NCBI GenBank assembly: GCA_010356995.1
Contig: ML996689.1
Coordinates: forward strand, 514,691 to 578,690
DNA: 64,000 bases
Direction: 5' to 3'
Source of the DNA: Trichodelitschia bisporula
Lineage: Eukaryota
In this document: one piece after another, positions 1 through 10,968 of the stretch
Position numbering within the stretch: the first letter of the stretch is position 1
Layout of the letters: every line of letters begins with the position of its first letter
Notes under the pieces: model-generated
What the model was told of the DNA's origin: nothing
The model's database searches: none
The model's input: the letters and a program-made list of their open reading frames with translations, nothing else
Position numbers and translations under genes: made by a program

Positions 1-8
1 TCGCATTC

Positions 9-149
9 TGTTAAAATGAAGTGTGAACTTGACTGAGTTGCTTGATCGACTAGCAGTGGGAAGTGAGCTGACTATATACCTCGCCAGGAAACGACCCCTC
101 TCTCCCGGCTCCACTCCAGCCACCCCAGGTTGCCGCCACAAATTCAGCA
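9..149 (-). repeat. 3' LTR (141 bp) of Ty1/Copia family A
   Basis: TG...CA ends (tgttaaaatg...aattcagca). Near-identical to 8330-8470. Adjacent ctcccactc (150-158) reads as a polypurine tract on the minus strand, downstream of a Copia RNase H ORF. Confidence 0.85.
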
Positions 150-328
150 CTCCCACTCAAACCGAGGTGGATGGAAGTGCACCAACAGTGAGCTCCCACT
201 GCCTCCCATGTCCCGGGATGGAATAAACTCCAAGAGAGACAAAAACAAGAAGGGGTTGGCAGTGTCTGGCCTCATTAAAACCTCAAAAACCAGGTGGGAA
301 AAACGAGGGAAAAGAATGCCAGAAGCGT

Positions 329-1064
329 TTACCCATTGCTTTCCCGCCCAAAGCGACACTCCAGCCCCAAGGCTTTCCTGAAAACCAGAAAGCGATCCTT
401 TGGCAAGGTATTGGTGAGTCCGTCAGCGATCTGCTCCTTCGTCGAGATGTACCGCATGTCGATGACCCCCTCCGCCTGCTTCTCGCGTACAAAGTGGTGC
501 TGGATGGCGATGTGCTTCGATCTGGCGTGAAATTGGGGGTTCTTTGCCAGCGAGATGGCGCCTTGGTTGTCTCCGAAGATGACAGTGGCTGCTGGCTCAT
601 CGTGTTTGAGAAGCTCCTTGAGTAGGTTGCGCAACCAGACAGCTTCCTTTGTTGCTTGCGTCTGCCCCATGTATTCCGCTTCGCATGATGACAACGCAAC
701 AACACTCTGGCGCTTCGATGACCAGCTCACTGCTCCACTGCCGAGGTTGAAGATGTATCTGGCCGTTGATCGCCTCGTGGATGAATCCCCAGCCCAGTCA
801 GAGTCGGTGTAACCAGCCAGAGCCTCCAGCGATCCGCGGTACACAAGTTCCACCTCCATGGTGCCCCGAAGGTAGCGAACGATCCTCTTGACCGCCGTTT
901 CGTGCTGGGGTCCGGGGTTCGCGAGGAAGCGACTGCAGATGGAGACAGCGTATGCGATGTCGGGTCTAGTACCAAGCATGGCGTACATGAGGCAACCGAT
1001 CGCTTTGGCGTACCAGGTCTTGAGGCTCTGAGGGGCCTGGAAGTCATCGGGTGCTGGCACGATC
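329..1064 (-). mobile_element. Ty1/Copia pol fragment (RT C-terminus + RNase H), truncated by an LTR insertion
   Basis: Motifs IGCLMYAMLGTRPDIAYAV, GYTDSDWAGD, SWSSKRQSVVALSSCEAEY, DNQGAISLAKNPQFHARSKHI, QIADGLT. Confidence 0.93.
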
Positions 1065-1095
1065 TGTTAAAAGGGGATGTGTGGTCAATGGAAAC
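1065..1095 (-). repeat. 31-bp terminal fragment of a family-B LTR
   Basis: Reverse complement matches 7861-7891 with one mismatch. Interrupted at 1096 by another family-B LTR. Confidence 0.75.
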
Positions 1096-1270
1096 TGTTG
1101 AAAGGGTGATGCGTGATCAACAGAAACGTCACTGCATCACAAGTTGGACCGAAGGTCTGTCCATGAACAAGTTGCTTAATTGTCAAAGAGGTGGGGATCC
1201 CGAGTCTACTTATACCCGAGCCCTGTGGCTGAACCTGGGTAAGGCTGAACACAGCCACCGCTTTCCAACA
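1096..1270 (-). repeat. 3' LTR (175 bp) of Ty1/Copia family B
   Basis: TG...CA ends. Adjacent ctcccccctc (1271-1280) is a minus-strand PPT. Homologous, in inverted orientation, to 7718-7891. Confidence 0.85.
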
Positions 1271-2193
1271 CTCCCCCCTCAGACGAAACCCAGTGAAAAG
1301 GCGAGGGGTACGCTCACAAAGACACGAAGCTCCCATATGGACAGACGGCCAGGCCTCGTTAAAACCCTCTGTGAGGGAAAGAGTGCCTGGACTTACACAA
1401 GGAGGGGCGGCAGATAGATCGATCCTCATGGTTCCCTTCTCCCCCTCACCTGGTGCGAGCCCATTCAAGACCCAATGCCTCCCTGAACTGTTCGAAGCGA
1501 TCCTTTGGCAAGGCTTTTGTAATAATAATAACTTGATTACGCCCAGGCTTGTTTTAGCTAGCCGTATGGTCGGGTCTCACCACTTTAGGAGTGGGTTTGA
1601 CCAATTTCTTTGGTTCTACACGGCAAAAACCCTCCCTGGAAGGGTTGAGGAAAAGCCCTGGAAGTCGTCCTTTGGAGAGGAGCATTTGAGCCCCACGCCT
1701 TTAACATATGTTTATCGTCTTTTCTTTGCACCATTCTTGTGTGTCCCAAGCGAGAACTTGGCTGCACGCCGAGAAACTGAGAAACACTCCATATCCCAAT
1801 TAAACCCCAAAAACGCCGAACGCCTACAGCAACGCAGATCCCGTAATTCTAGATCATGTGACCGAAAGAGAGAAGGAGAGGAAGGAAATTGAAGAATACC
1901 AGGTGTTGTCCGGAGGCCGCCAGGGGGGGGGGGGCGGCGGCTCCTCTTTGGGGGAGATCCGGTTCCTGGTAGCAAGTGTGGTGTTGAATCGTTGAATCCG
2001 CTCTTCTTATTGAGCTTTTCCGGCTCTCTTGGGGTTCCTGGGGGGTTCCGGTTGCGGGNNNNNNNNNNNNNNNNNNNNNNNNNNNNNNNNNNNNNNNNNN
2101 NNNNNNNNNNNNNNNNNNNNNNNNNNNNNNNNNNNNNNNNNNNNNNNNNNNNNNNNNNNNNNNNNNNNNNNNNNNNNNNNNNNNNNNNNNNNN

Positions 2194-5100
2194 GCGGAAT
2201 TCTTTAGCTAGCCTGAATTGGCCGATGAAGCCTCTGTTGATGATGTAGTTTGTGACTGCCTCTAGACCTCTCTTAGTGTTGATCATTTTGTTGTAGTCAA
2301 TCGTTCTTGCTAGCTCGTAGAGCTCGGAGCGTTCCGCTCCGAGCGTGCAGCTCATGACCATATGCTTGGGTGTTTGTCGCCCAAATCCGCAGGGGCACCG
2401 GGGGGAGTCAAATGTCGGGACTCCTACTCTGAAGAGGAAGTCTCGCAGTCCAATGCATTCAGTGCGTAGTTGTGTTGCTACGGCGCTGTTGGCCTTCAGT
2501 AGTCCACCATGGAGGTTGGGGACGTATTCCTTCCAGGGGGTGTGCCAGGCTGGTGCCTGTTTGTGTCCGTTGGTTCTCCACCGGGCTTCCCATTCTTGGT
2601 TCTCCCAGTCGCGGAAGATCGTTCTTGGCGCCTGGGAGGGGTCTGCCGCTGCCACGATCGCCTTCGCTTCCATGAGCATTTTGTCTTCAGGGTATGTGGG
2701 TTCTGGGGGCCTCCGGCCTCTTCGCGGGGTAGTTCCGGCCCAGTAGGCCCGTGTGCGTTTCCTGATGAATTTCTCCACGTCCTCGTCGTGGTGTTCAATT
2801 GATTGCCAGTAGGCTATCTTTCTTAGGTACAGACCTAACGGGGGAATTCCAGCTTCCTTTTCCAGTGCTGCTGTTGGGGCCCTCCGGAACCCCCCTGTGA
2901 TCCTTCGGAGGCACTTATTCTGTACAGCTTCAATGATCTTCAAAGTCGTTTTTGGGAGATCGTAGGCCCATACCCTGCAGGCATAGGCCATGATTGCTCG
3001 GACCGTGGACACATAGATGAGGCGTGTGAGGTTGAGGCTTGGGCCTGCCACCGAGGTGGATAGCCTACTTAACGCGTTGAAGTTTTTCATCGCTTTTTCG
3101 GCTGTCACCTTGACGTGGGCTTTCCATTTGAGTTTTGGGTCGACCCATACTCCGAGGATCCTTAGGGACTGAACCGGAGGGGTTGCAATTCCCTCGATGT
3201 TTGTTGTGGCAGTGGGCGTTTGTCTTTTGTTTGTGAAATGGATCAGCTTGTATTTTTCTGGGGCAAAGCTTGCGCCGTGTCTGCTCGCCCACTCGATGCA
3301 TGTGTCGTGAGCTTCTTCTAGTCTTCTGCAGTTGGCTTCCGCGGAGGTTCCGAAAGTCATGAGGTATGTGTCGTCTACAAACCCAAAAGCCGTGGTGCGG
3401 TGGCGATTGGGCTTCTCGAATGTTTCCAGGAGTCCTTTTGCGTAGATGAGGAAGAGGATGGGGGAGAGGGGGGAGCCTTGAGGGATTCCAGTTCGCGTTT
3501 GGATAGGGTTACTTTTGAACCCGCTGAAGGTGAGGGTAGTGGTTCGTTCCGTGAGGAAGCCGCCGATGAACCGGACAATTTTCTCAGGGATCCCGGTTTG
3601 CCTCAGTGTATGAAGCATTCTTTCGTGGGAAACTCGGTCGTAGGCCCCTACTAGGTCCAAGCTGAGCACTGTGACAATGTTTGCTGGGTTTCTGGCCCAT
3701 GCGGCCCTAATGGTCCTTGTTAGAAGCATCAGGGCGGAGCCCGTGGGTCGCTTCCTCCTTGCTCCCATCTGGGTGTCCGGGAGAAGCTTCTTTTCTTCCA
3801 TGAGGTCTGTTAGGCGATCCGCCACGATTCTTTCAATTAGTTTGCCCATCGTCGCCTCCAGTGCGATCGGCCTGTAGCTTTTGGGGAGCGTGTAGTCTTC
3901 CTTTCCTTCTTTCTGGATGACCACTGTGGTTGTCTCCCGGAAGGCCCTCGGGAAGTACCCGGCTTGGAGGCTTTGTGTGAAGACTCGCGCAAGTCTTGGC
4001 GAGATTGCTTCCTTCGCGCTCTTTAGTGCTTCGTTTGGGATGTTGTCCGGGCCTGGGGATTTCCCATTGGCAGCCCATTTTATTGCCGTTTCCACTTCTT
4101 CCTCGGTGACTTCCAGGTTGAAGGCGTGTCTTTGAGTGCGGACGTCTTCCGGAAGAATGTCGGAGAGGTCCGCCTCTACTGGCGGAGGGAAGAATCTGTC
4201 AGCTAGGAGCGTGGCTTTTCGGTGGTTCTCGGTTTCTAGGGGTTCCCCTTCGCGGCTGTGGAGGGGGGGAATGTGAGGGGCTTGCGCGGGTTTTCCGGCG
4301 CGCTTCCGGGACCATTTTGAGAGTATCCAGAGCCCGGCGTTGTGTGGGATGTCTGGGTCTGATGTGGTTTTTTGGACAAAGCTTCTCCACTTGTGAATGG
4401 AGTCTTTCCGAATTTGTTTCTTGAGAGCTCCGGTGGCCCTCCGGAAGGCGTTTTTGTTTTCTTCGGTGGGATGGCGGCGGGCTCGTTGCCAGGCTCTCCG
4501 CTTTAGGTTGATGAGTTGGTCGCTCGTGGGGGACCAGGCGGGTCTTGGCGTTTTTGTGAGTTTAGCCTTTGGGCAGTGCGCTTCCAGCGAGGCCTGGATC
4601 GCTTCTCTTATCGTGGCGATTTCTTCGTCTATGTGGCTTTCTTGCTCCTCCCGGGGGGGGTCCTGGGGTGGTCCGGGGGGCTCTTCCAATCTCCTCCTGG
4701 TTTCCAGCTCGAATTCTTCTTGATTGAGTTTCTTGATGTTGTACCTGCGGCGGGGAGCTGCCGAGGTGCAGGTTAGGTCAAGAACGGTCCATATTGGTAT
4801 GTGGTCATCGTTCGTTTGTGACCAATTCTCTTGTAGCTGGCATCGAATAAGCTTCCTCTTTAGGTTTGCCGTCATGAGGGTGAGGTCAAGCGTTGTAGCA
4901 CTTGCGCCTCTCCTCCATGTGGGTATTCCTATTGGGGAGGCTAAGACTAGCTGAGCTGTGTCGATCACTTGGAGCAGGTCGCGGGCGTGGCGTGAGGGGG
5001 CTGTGTGGGTTCCGCCCCATCTCCGGTGGTGTGTGTTGAAGTCTCCTAGTAGGATTGAGTCTCCTCGGGTTGCGTGTGCGTTCAGGGCCTCCTGGATGCA

Positions 5101-5541
5101 CTGGAGTGATTCTGCCTGTGTGCGTCGTGGGGGGTTCTGGCTCTGGGATTGATCCGCCTGGGGATGGGGGTCCCTCCCCGGGTGGTAAGCATTGATGATC
5201 TGGATTGGTCCGGTGGGTGTCCGGATGGATATTGCAACTGTGTCGGGGGAGCAGTGGGTGATTTCCCACCCGTTGGTGTCAATGGTTTTGCTGACTAGCA
5301 TGCATACTCGGTATGTTGTGGTCCAGGCTGCTACATTCGTGTAGCCTGGCGGCGTGAAGGTGGTGTTTCCCTGGGCGTTTCGACCCGGTTCCTGTACTGC
5401 TATGATGTGGTGTATGTGGGGTTGTAGGCCTAGAAAGAAGAGTTTGTGCAGTGATCCGTTTGACTTGTTGCAATTGAATTGAACTATGCCAAGGTGGGTG
5501 CTGCTCTGGTGGGGGGCTGTGTTGGCGGGTGTGCTATTCAT
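2194..5541 (-). CDS. LINE ORF2: AP endonuclease + reverse transcriptase + C-terminal CCHC (stop probably in or after the N gap)
   Basis: IIAVQEP, LLGDFNTHH, TLDLTL, DDHIPI (APE). KSPGPDNIP, YRPIAL, GIPQGSPLSPILFLIY, FVDD (RT). CPCG..QTPKHMVMSC. No RNase H domain recognisable. Confidence 0.93.
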
Positions 5542-7425
5542 TTGCGGGCTAGCTGGCTGCCAGCGGAAGCTATCCTAGTGGGTTCCAAGGGGCCTTGTAG
5601 AAAGCCTGTAATCTCTGGTTGGCCTATGAGGCCTTCCGCTTGATAGCTCTGGCTTTTTCGCGGCCTTCCCGGTCGGCGGGTTGTGTTGCTGTCCAATCGC
5701 TTTCGCTTTCCTGGGGAGGTTGACCTCGCTGGGATACTGGTGTTTTGCGTTTGGGGTCCGAGGGAGTTCCGGGCTTGGAGCGGGTCCCGACTCTGCCTTC
5801 TTCTTTCCTTTCTTGTGTCTACCACGGGTGTGAAGCCTTCCTCCTCATCCTCCTCATCCTCCTCGTCCTCCTCGTCCTCCGCATCCTCCTCGTCCTCCTC
5901 GGATTCCGAAGGTCGTTCGGACCGCGCCAATCCGCTGCACACTATGGTGTCAACGTCTCTCATTTCTTGGTCAGGGGGTTCCTCGGCTTCGGCTTCAGCC
6001 TCTGGGGGTTGCGGCTGAGTTCTTGGATTAGGTCGTTTCCGGGTTACCGCTGCGGTGGTTGTCGCGGGTGCCTTTGGGTTTCCAGGTTTCTTCCGGAGGC
6101 CTATCCGGGTTGCTGTCGGGTGAGGGGGGGGGGGGCGTTGCTTGCTGGAAGATGGATGGGTTTCTGATTCGGTGTGTTCGTTCCATGAGCGATTGTTTGA
6201 GCCTGTTCTGGTGGATCAGGGGTTTGGTCCAGCGGGGGCAGGTGGCTCTCTGCCAGGCTTTGTGGTCTGTGCCTCTACAATTGACGCACAAGGTGGCTTC
6301 CGGGGTCATGCAGTCGGCCGTTCGGTGGGGTCCTCTGCAGCATCCGCAGACCGCTTCCTTAGTGCATCTGTTGGTGGTGTGTCCCAGGCCGTAGCAATTC
6401 GAGCATTGGCGGATGCCAACTGATGCGTCCCAGACCATCACTTCCTCGTAGATGCTGCCTCTGAATCGGAGGCCCTTTCGGACCACTGCTTCCTGCATGT
6501 CTTTTTTGGCAAAGTAGACGATGATCGTGCATGCTTTTGGGCCTGGGCCGTCCGGTCTCCAGTTTTTGCGTGGTTTGTCCCCTCTGTGACGCTGGATCCT
6601 GGTTATTGCAAGGGGTCCAGTGTATGGCCGACACTCTTCCTGGATTTCCCTGATGAGGTCGTTATTTGTGGCCGTTTTGGAGTGGTCGATGTCGACGCTC
6701 AGAGGGAAGTACGAGATATGGACTGGGAAATCCTGTGCTTGAATTCGCGCGTTACATCGCGGTCCTAGCTCGGATCTCTCCCGGAGGACTCGCTCTTTGT
6801 CCGCGAGGTTCATCATGGTTATCAGGTACGTCCCGTTCTTCAGCTTCCTTAAGCCGGCGACGTTGGGGATGGATTGCATTACTTCCTTGCAGAAGAGTTC
6901 TGGGTCTCTGGCAAGTTCGTTCGGTGTGATGGCCACCGTGGCCGACGTTTCATCGTGTCGTTTTGGGGAAGACTTCCGCAGGAGTTCCGCCCATGTTTGT
7001 GAAGCTGTGGGGTTTGGGGGTGGTTCCGGGGGGTTTCCGGGCTTCTGTTGTAAAGACTTTTCCAGTAGCAAAGTCAGTTTATCGATTTTGGCAACGAGTC
7101 TGGGGCTTTCGGGGGCGTTCCGATGGGGTTCCAGCGTTAGGCCTGCGTGGCGTAGCCTCAGGCAGAGATTTCTTTCCACGGTTTCGTCAACTTGGGTCTT
7201 ATTCTTCTCGGCTTCGGCGTGCAGTCCAAGGAGCCTGTAGACAAACGGCATTATGGCCGTATATCTTTCTTTGTATTGGGCACAGTCCAGGGGGGTCAGA
7301 GGTGGAATGCTGGTGGGTTGCGTGGTGGTTGCGGTCGTGTGCATGGAGTTCGGCTGGGGTGCAAAATTTGCGTTTTGCGCTTCGCCATCGACCCAGACGT
7401 CTCCCGGGGGAGTTCCGGGTGTCAT
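5538..7425 (-). CDS. LINE ORF1 (gag-like, three CCHC knuckles, acidic tail); frameshifted at a C12 run
   Basis: CSNCYGLGHTTNRC, CGCCRGPHRTADC, CVNCRGTDH. The frame of the 5538-5963 ORF stays open back to the homopolymer at 6124-6135. Start is 7425 or 7548. Confidence 0.8.
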
Positions 7426-7717
7426 CCTGGGCGGATGGGCCCCAGTATGCTGAATCCGTTCGAGTTTGGAGTATTTGAGCGATTCTGAAGGCTTGAACTC
7501 GAAAAAATTATCTTCGCCAAGCTTTGATGTTTTTTTGGTCGCAGACATATACCTTTGTGGCAAGGCTTTTGTAAGGCCATCAGCAACCCGCTTCTCTGGA
7601 GGTCAATCTCTCCGGATGCCTGCTTCTCCCTGACGTAGTGGTGCTGAATGCCTATGTGCTTTGTTCTCGGGTGAAACTGCGGGTTCTTGGCCAGGGCGAT
7701 CGCTCCTTGGTTGTCGC

Positions 7718-7891
7718 TGTTGGAATGCGGTGGCTGTGTTCAGCCTCACCCAGTTTCAGCCACAGCGCTCGAGTATAAGTAGACTCGGGGTCCCCACCTC
7801 TTTGACAATTAAGCAACTTGTTCATGGACAGACCTTTGGTCCAACTTATGATGCTGTGATGTTTCCATTGATCACACATCCCCTTTTAACA
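7718..7891 (+). repeat. Family-B LTR (174 bp), inverted relative to 1096-1270, no TSD
   Basis: tgttggaatgcgg...ccccttttaaca. Flanks gtcgc and ccgca do not match. Confidence 0.85.
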
Positions 7892-8329
7892 CCGCAAACG
7901 AAGAGGTGGTGGAATGGGGTACTTGCGAGGCCGGGAATGCGATAGATACGGGCCACATGGGTCCGCTTGATAGACGGGAGGAGCCGCTAGGCTAGTTCGA
8001 GGGGAGCTAGGCGCCGTCTATCACTTCAACCTTTTGCCAATGTTGGTCTGTTGACGACAAGCTGTGGAGTTGTGGATGGACAATCGTTTCTCCTCGATGG
8101 GGATGAGGCCTTTCCTTCGTAGTTGGAATGGCCGCACGCTCCCGCGGGCTCAATTGTTCCACAATACTGTATGTTTCTCGAGTCCCGCGCTGAAGACACG
8201 ATACAATATGACAGATATGATGTCGTCTGCTCAACTCCAATCGAGCCTTTAATCCAGCACCAGGACGCTTGCTAACACCCATCTTACACATTATCCGGCC
8301 ACCTCTTCCACAGAATCAACTACGTATCT

Positions 8330-8470
8330 TGTTAAAATGAAGTGTGAACATGACTGAGTTGCTTAATTGACTAACAGTGGGAAGTGAGCTGACTATATAC
8401 CTCGCCAGGAGACGACCCCTATCTCCTGGCTCCGCTCCAGCCACCCCAGGTTGCCGCCACAAATTCAACA
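8330..8470 (-). repeat. Solo LTR of Copia family A with 5-bp TSD
   Basis: TG..CA, 141 bp, matches 9-149. TATCT at 8325-8329 and 8471-8475. Confidence 0.9.
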
Positions 8471-8537
8471 TATCTCCTCTATCAGAACAGTCTGTATGCT
8501 CCATCTGTCCCTCACTGCGCTGCCAAANNNNNNNNNN

Positions 8538-10109
8538 AGCTCATGACCATATGCTTGGGTGTTTGTCGCCCAAATCCGCAGGGGCACCGGGGGGAGTCAA
8601 ATGTCGGGACTCCTACTCTGAAGAGGAAGTCTCGCAGTCCAATGCATTCAGTGCGTAGTTGTGTTGCTACGGCGCTGTTGGCCTTCAGTAGTCCACCATG
8701 GAGGTTGGGGACGTATTCCTTCCAGGGGGTGTGCCAGGCTGGTGCCTGTTTGTGTCCGTTGGTTCTCCACAGGGCTTCCCATTCTTGGTTCTCCCAGTCG
8801 CGGAAGATCGTTCTTGGCGCCTGGGAGGGGTCTGCCGCTGCCGCGATCGCCTTCGCTTCCATGAGCATTTTGTCTTCAGGGTATGTGGGTTCTGGGGGCC
8901 TCCGGCCTCTTCGCGGGGTAGTTCCGGCCCAGTAGGCCCGTGTGCGTTTCCTGATGAATTTCTCCACGTCCTCGTCGTGGTGTTCGATTGATTGCCAGTA
9001 GGCTATCTTTCTTAGGTACAGACCTAACGGGGGAATTCCAGCTTCCTTTTCCAGTGCTGCTGTTGGGGCCCTCCGGAACCCCCCGGTGATCCTTCGGAGG
9101 CACTTGTTCTGTACAGCTTCAATGATCTTCAAAGTCGTTTTTGGGAGATCGTAGGCCCATACCCTGCAGGCATAGGCCATGATTGCTCGGACCGTGGACA
9201 CATAGATGAGGCGTGTGAGGTTGAGGCTTGGGCCTGCCACCGAGGTGGATAGCCTACTTAACGCGTTGAAGTTTTTCATCGCTTTTTCGGCTGTCACCTT
9301 GACGTGGGCTTTCCATTTGAGTTTTGGGTCGACCCATACTCCGAGGATCCTTAGGGACTGAACCGGAGGGGTTGCAATTCCCTCGATGTTTGTTGTGGCA
9401 GTGGGCGTTTGTCTTTTGTTTGTGAAATGGATCAGCTTGTATTTTTCTGGGGCAAAGCTTGCGCCGTGTCTGCTCGCCCACTCGATGCATGTGTCGTGAG
9501 CTTCTTCTAGTCTTCTGCAGTTGGCTTCCGCGGAGGTTCCGAAAGTCATGAGGTATGTGTCGTCTACAAACCCAAAAGCCGTGGTGCGGTGGCGATTGGG
9601 CTTCTCGAATGTTTCCAGGAGTCCTTTTGCGTAGATGAGGAAGAGGATGGGGGAGAGGGGGGAGCCTTGAGGGATTCCAGTTCGCGTTTGGATAGGGTTA
9701 CTTTTGAACCCGCTGAAGGTGAGGGTAGTGGTTCGTTCCGTGAGGAAGCCGCCGATGAACCGGACAATTTTCTCAGGGATCCCGGTTTGCCTCAGTGTAT
9801 GAAGCATTCTTTCGTGGGAAACTCGGTCGTAGGCCCCTACTAGGTCCAAGCTGAGCACTGTGACAATGTTTGCTGGGTTTCTGGCCCATGCGGCCCTAAT
9901 GGTCCTTGTTAGAAGCATCAGGGCGGAGCCCGTGTGTCGCTTCCTCCTTGCTCCCATCTGGGTGTCCGGGAGAAGCTTCTTTTCTTCCATGAGGTCTGTT
10001 AGGCGATCCGCCACGATTCTTTCAATTAGTTTGCCCATCGTCACCTCCAGCGCGATCGGCCTGTAGCTTTTGGGGAGCGTGTAGTCTTCCTTTCCTTCTT
10101 TCTGGATGA
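8538..10109 (-). mobile_element. 5'-truncated copy of the same LINE (RT to CCHC)
   Basis: Near-identical to ~2349-3920, with about 8 substitutions seen by eye. Homology ends at 10109; the 3' end runs into the N gap at 8528-8537. Confidence 0.93.
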
Positions 10110-10968
10110 GTGGCTTGTGAGTTACGCTGGCAGCCGGCAACTAGCCCACAGTTTAGGCACGCACGAAGCCAGAACCGCAAATCATGGCAAGGATGAACTG
10201 CGGTGACAACAGCCAAGTCGTTACCCCCTGATGTACAAAAATGGGGCGTAAAGAGGTGCTTAGAGGGCGTATGGGTGTCGGACTTCATTTTCTCGATATT
10301 GATTCGAAGCTCTGGGAGTTGAGGTTACTGTACACGCTGCTTCAATCGTCACAGTATGAGAGCGAGTGTTTTGGATGGAATACACGGAATGCACCTTGAG
10401 GCGTCTTGATTAGCTTCGCTTCTTCTTGTATTTATTGCAGTTGTTCATGTTACGGTCACTCATGCAATCTCGAGATCTTCCAATGGAGAAAGAGGGAGCT
10501 CTGTCTGTGAAGGCACGAATATCCCGTAACGAGAAAGGATGGTGAACATATGGCGTAGGGAAGGGGTGTTCATCGCGGAGTCCCTTCCACTCACTCCGGA
10601 CTCTTGAACAGCACAGTTGACCCGGGCTGTTTATTCCTCATTGCCATATTTTACCATCTAACGCCATCACTACCGCTCGCAGACTTCGCCATACTTTACG
10701 CTCTTATCTCAATCTCTGTCCAACTTCAAGCACCCGTTAAACCTCCGGGCCCTCGGCCAGTGACGCCCTCCAGACGCCACTTAACGGCCGGTGCGATTTC
10801 GGAGGTCCTTAGTGTTGGAGCAACACCTCATTACTAGCATCGAAGGTTAGCCCAAAGGCTCTACTCTTGCGCTACTCCTAACGATGTATCAGTCGAGCTC
10901 TAGTCCCTGCCGCGGAGCATCCTTCGTCCCCACCGGCTCTCGCCTGATACCTAGGAAGCCCAAGCAGG

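Larger units (their letters stand above)
1523..7557 (-). mobile_element. Apparently full-length non-LTR retrotransposon (LINE, Tad1-like)
   Basis: 17-bp TSD tggcaaggcttttgtaa at 1506-1522 and 7558-7574. Short (TTA)n 3' tail. Carries ORF1 and ORF2. N gap at 2059-2193. Confidence 0.93.
1271..7717 (-). mobile_element. Ty1/Copia family B internal remnant (RNase H end + 3' UTR), split by the LINE
   Basis: 7717-7575 reads DNQGAIALAKNPQFHPRTKHIGIQHHYVREK..., then VADGL after a frame change. It resumes across the TSD at ~1520 as TKALPKDRFEQFREALGLE. Confidence 0.85.

Noticed and set aside
1849..2193. ORF2 extension through the N gap to 1230 aa
   Set aside because: Translation passes through Ns. The residues after the gap look like 3' UTR, so the true stop cannot be seen.
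7892..8324. Possible transposase or gene remnant between the LTRs
   Set aside because: No recognisable motif, and the frame I read has several stops.
10110..10140. Apparent novel N-terminus on the 542-aa RT ORF
   Set aside because: Chance read-in from flanking DNA at a 5' truncation, with a non-ATG start.
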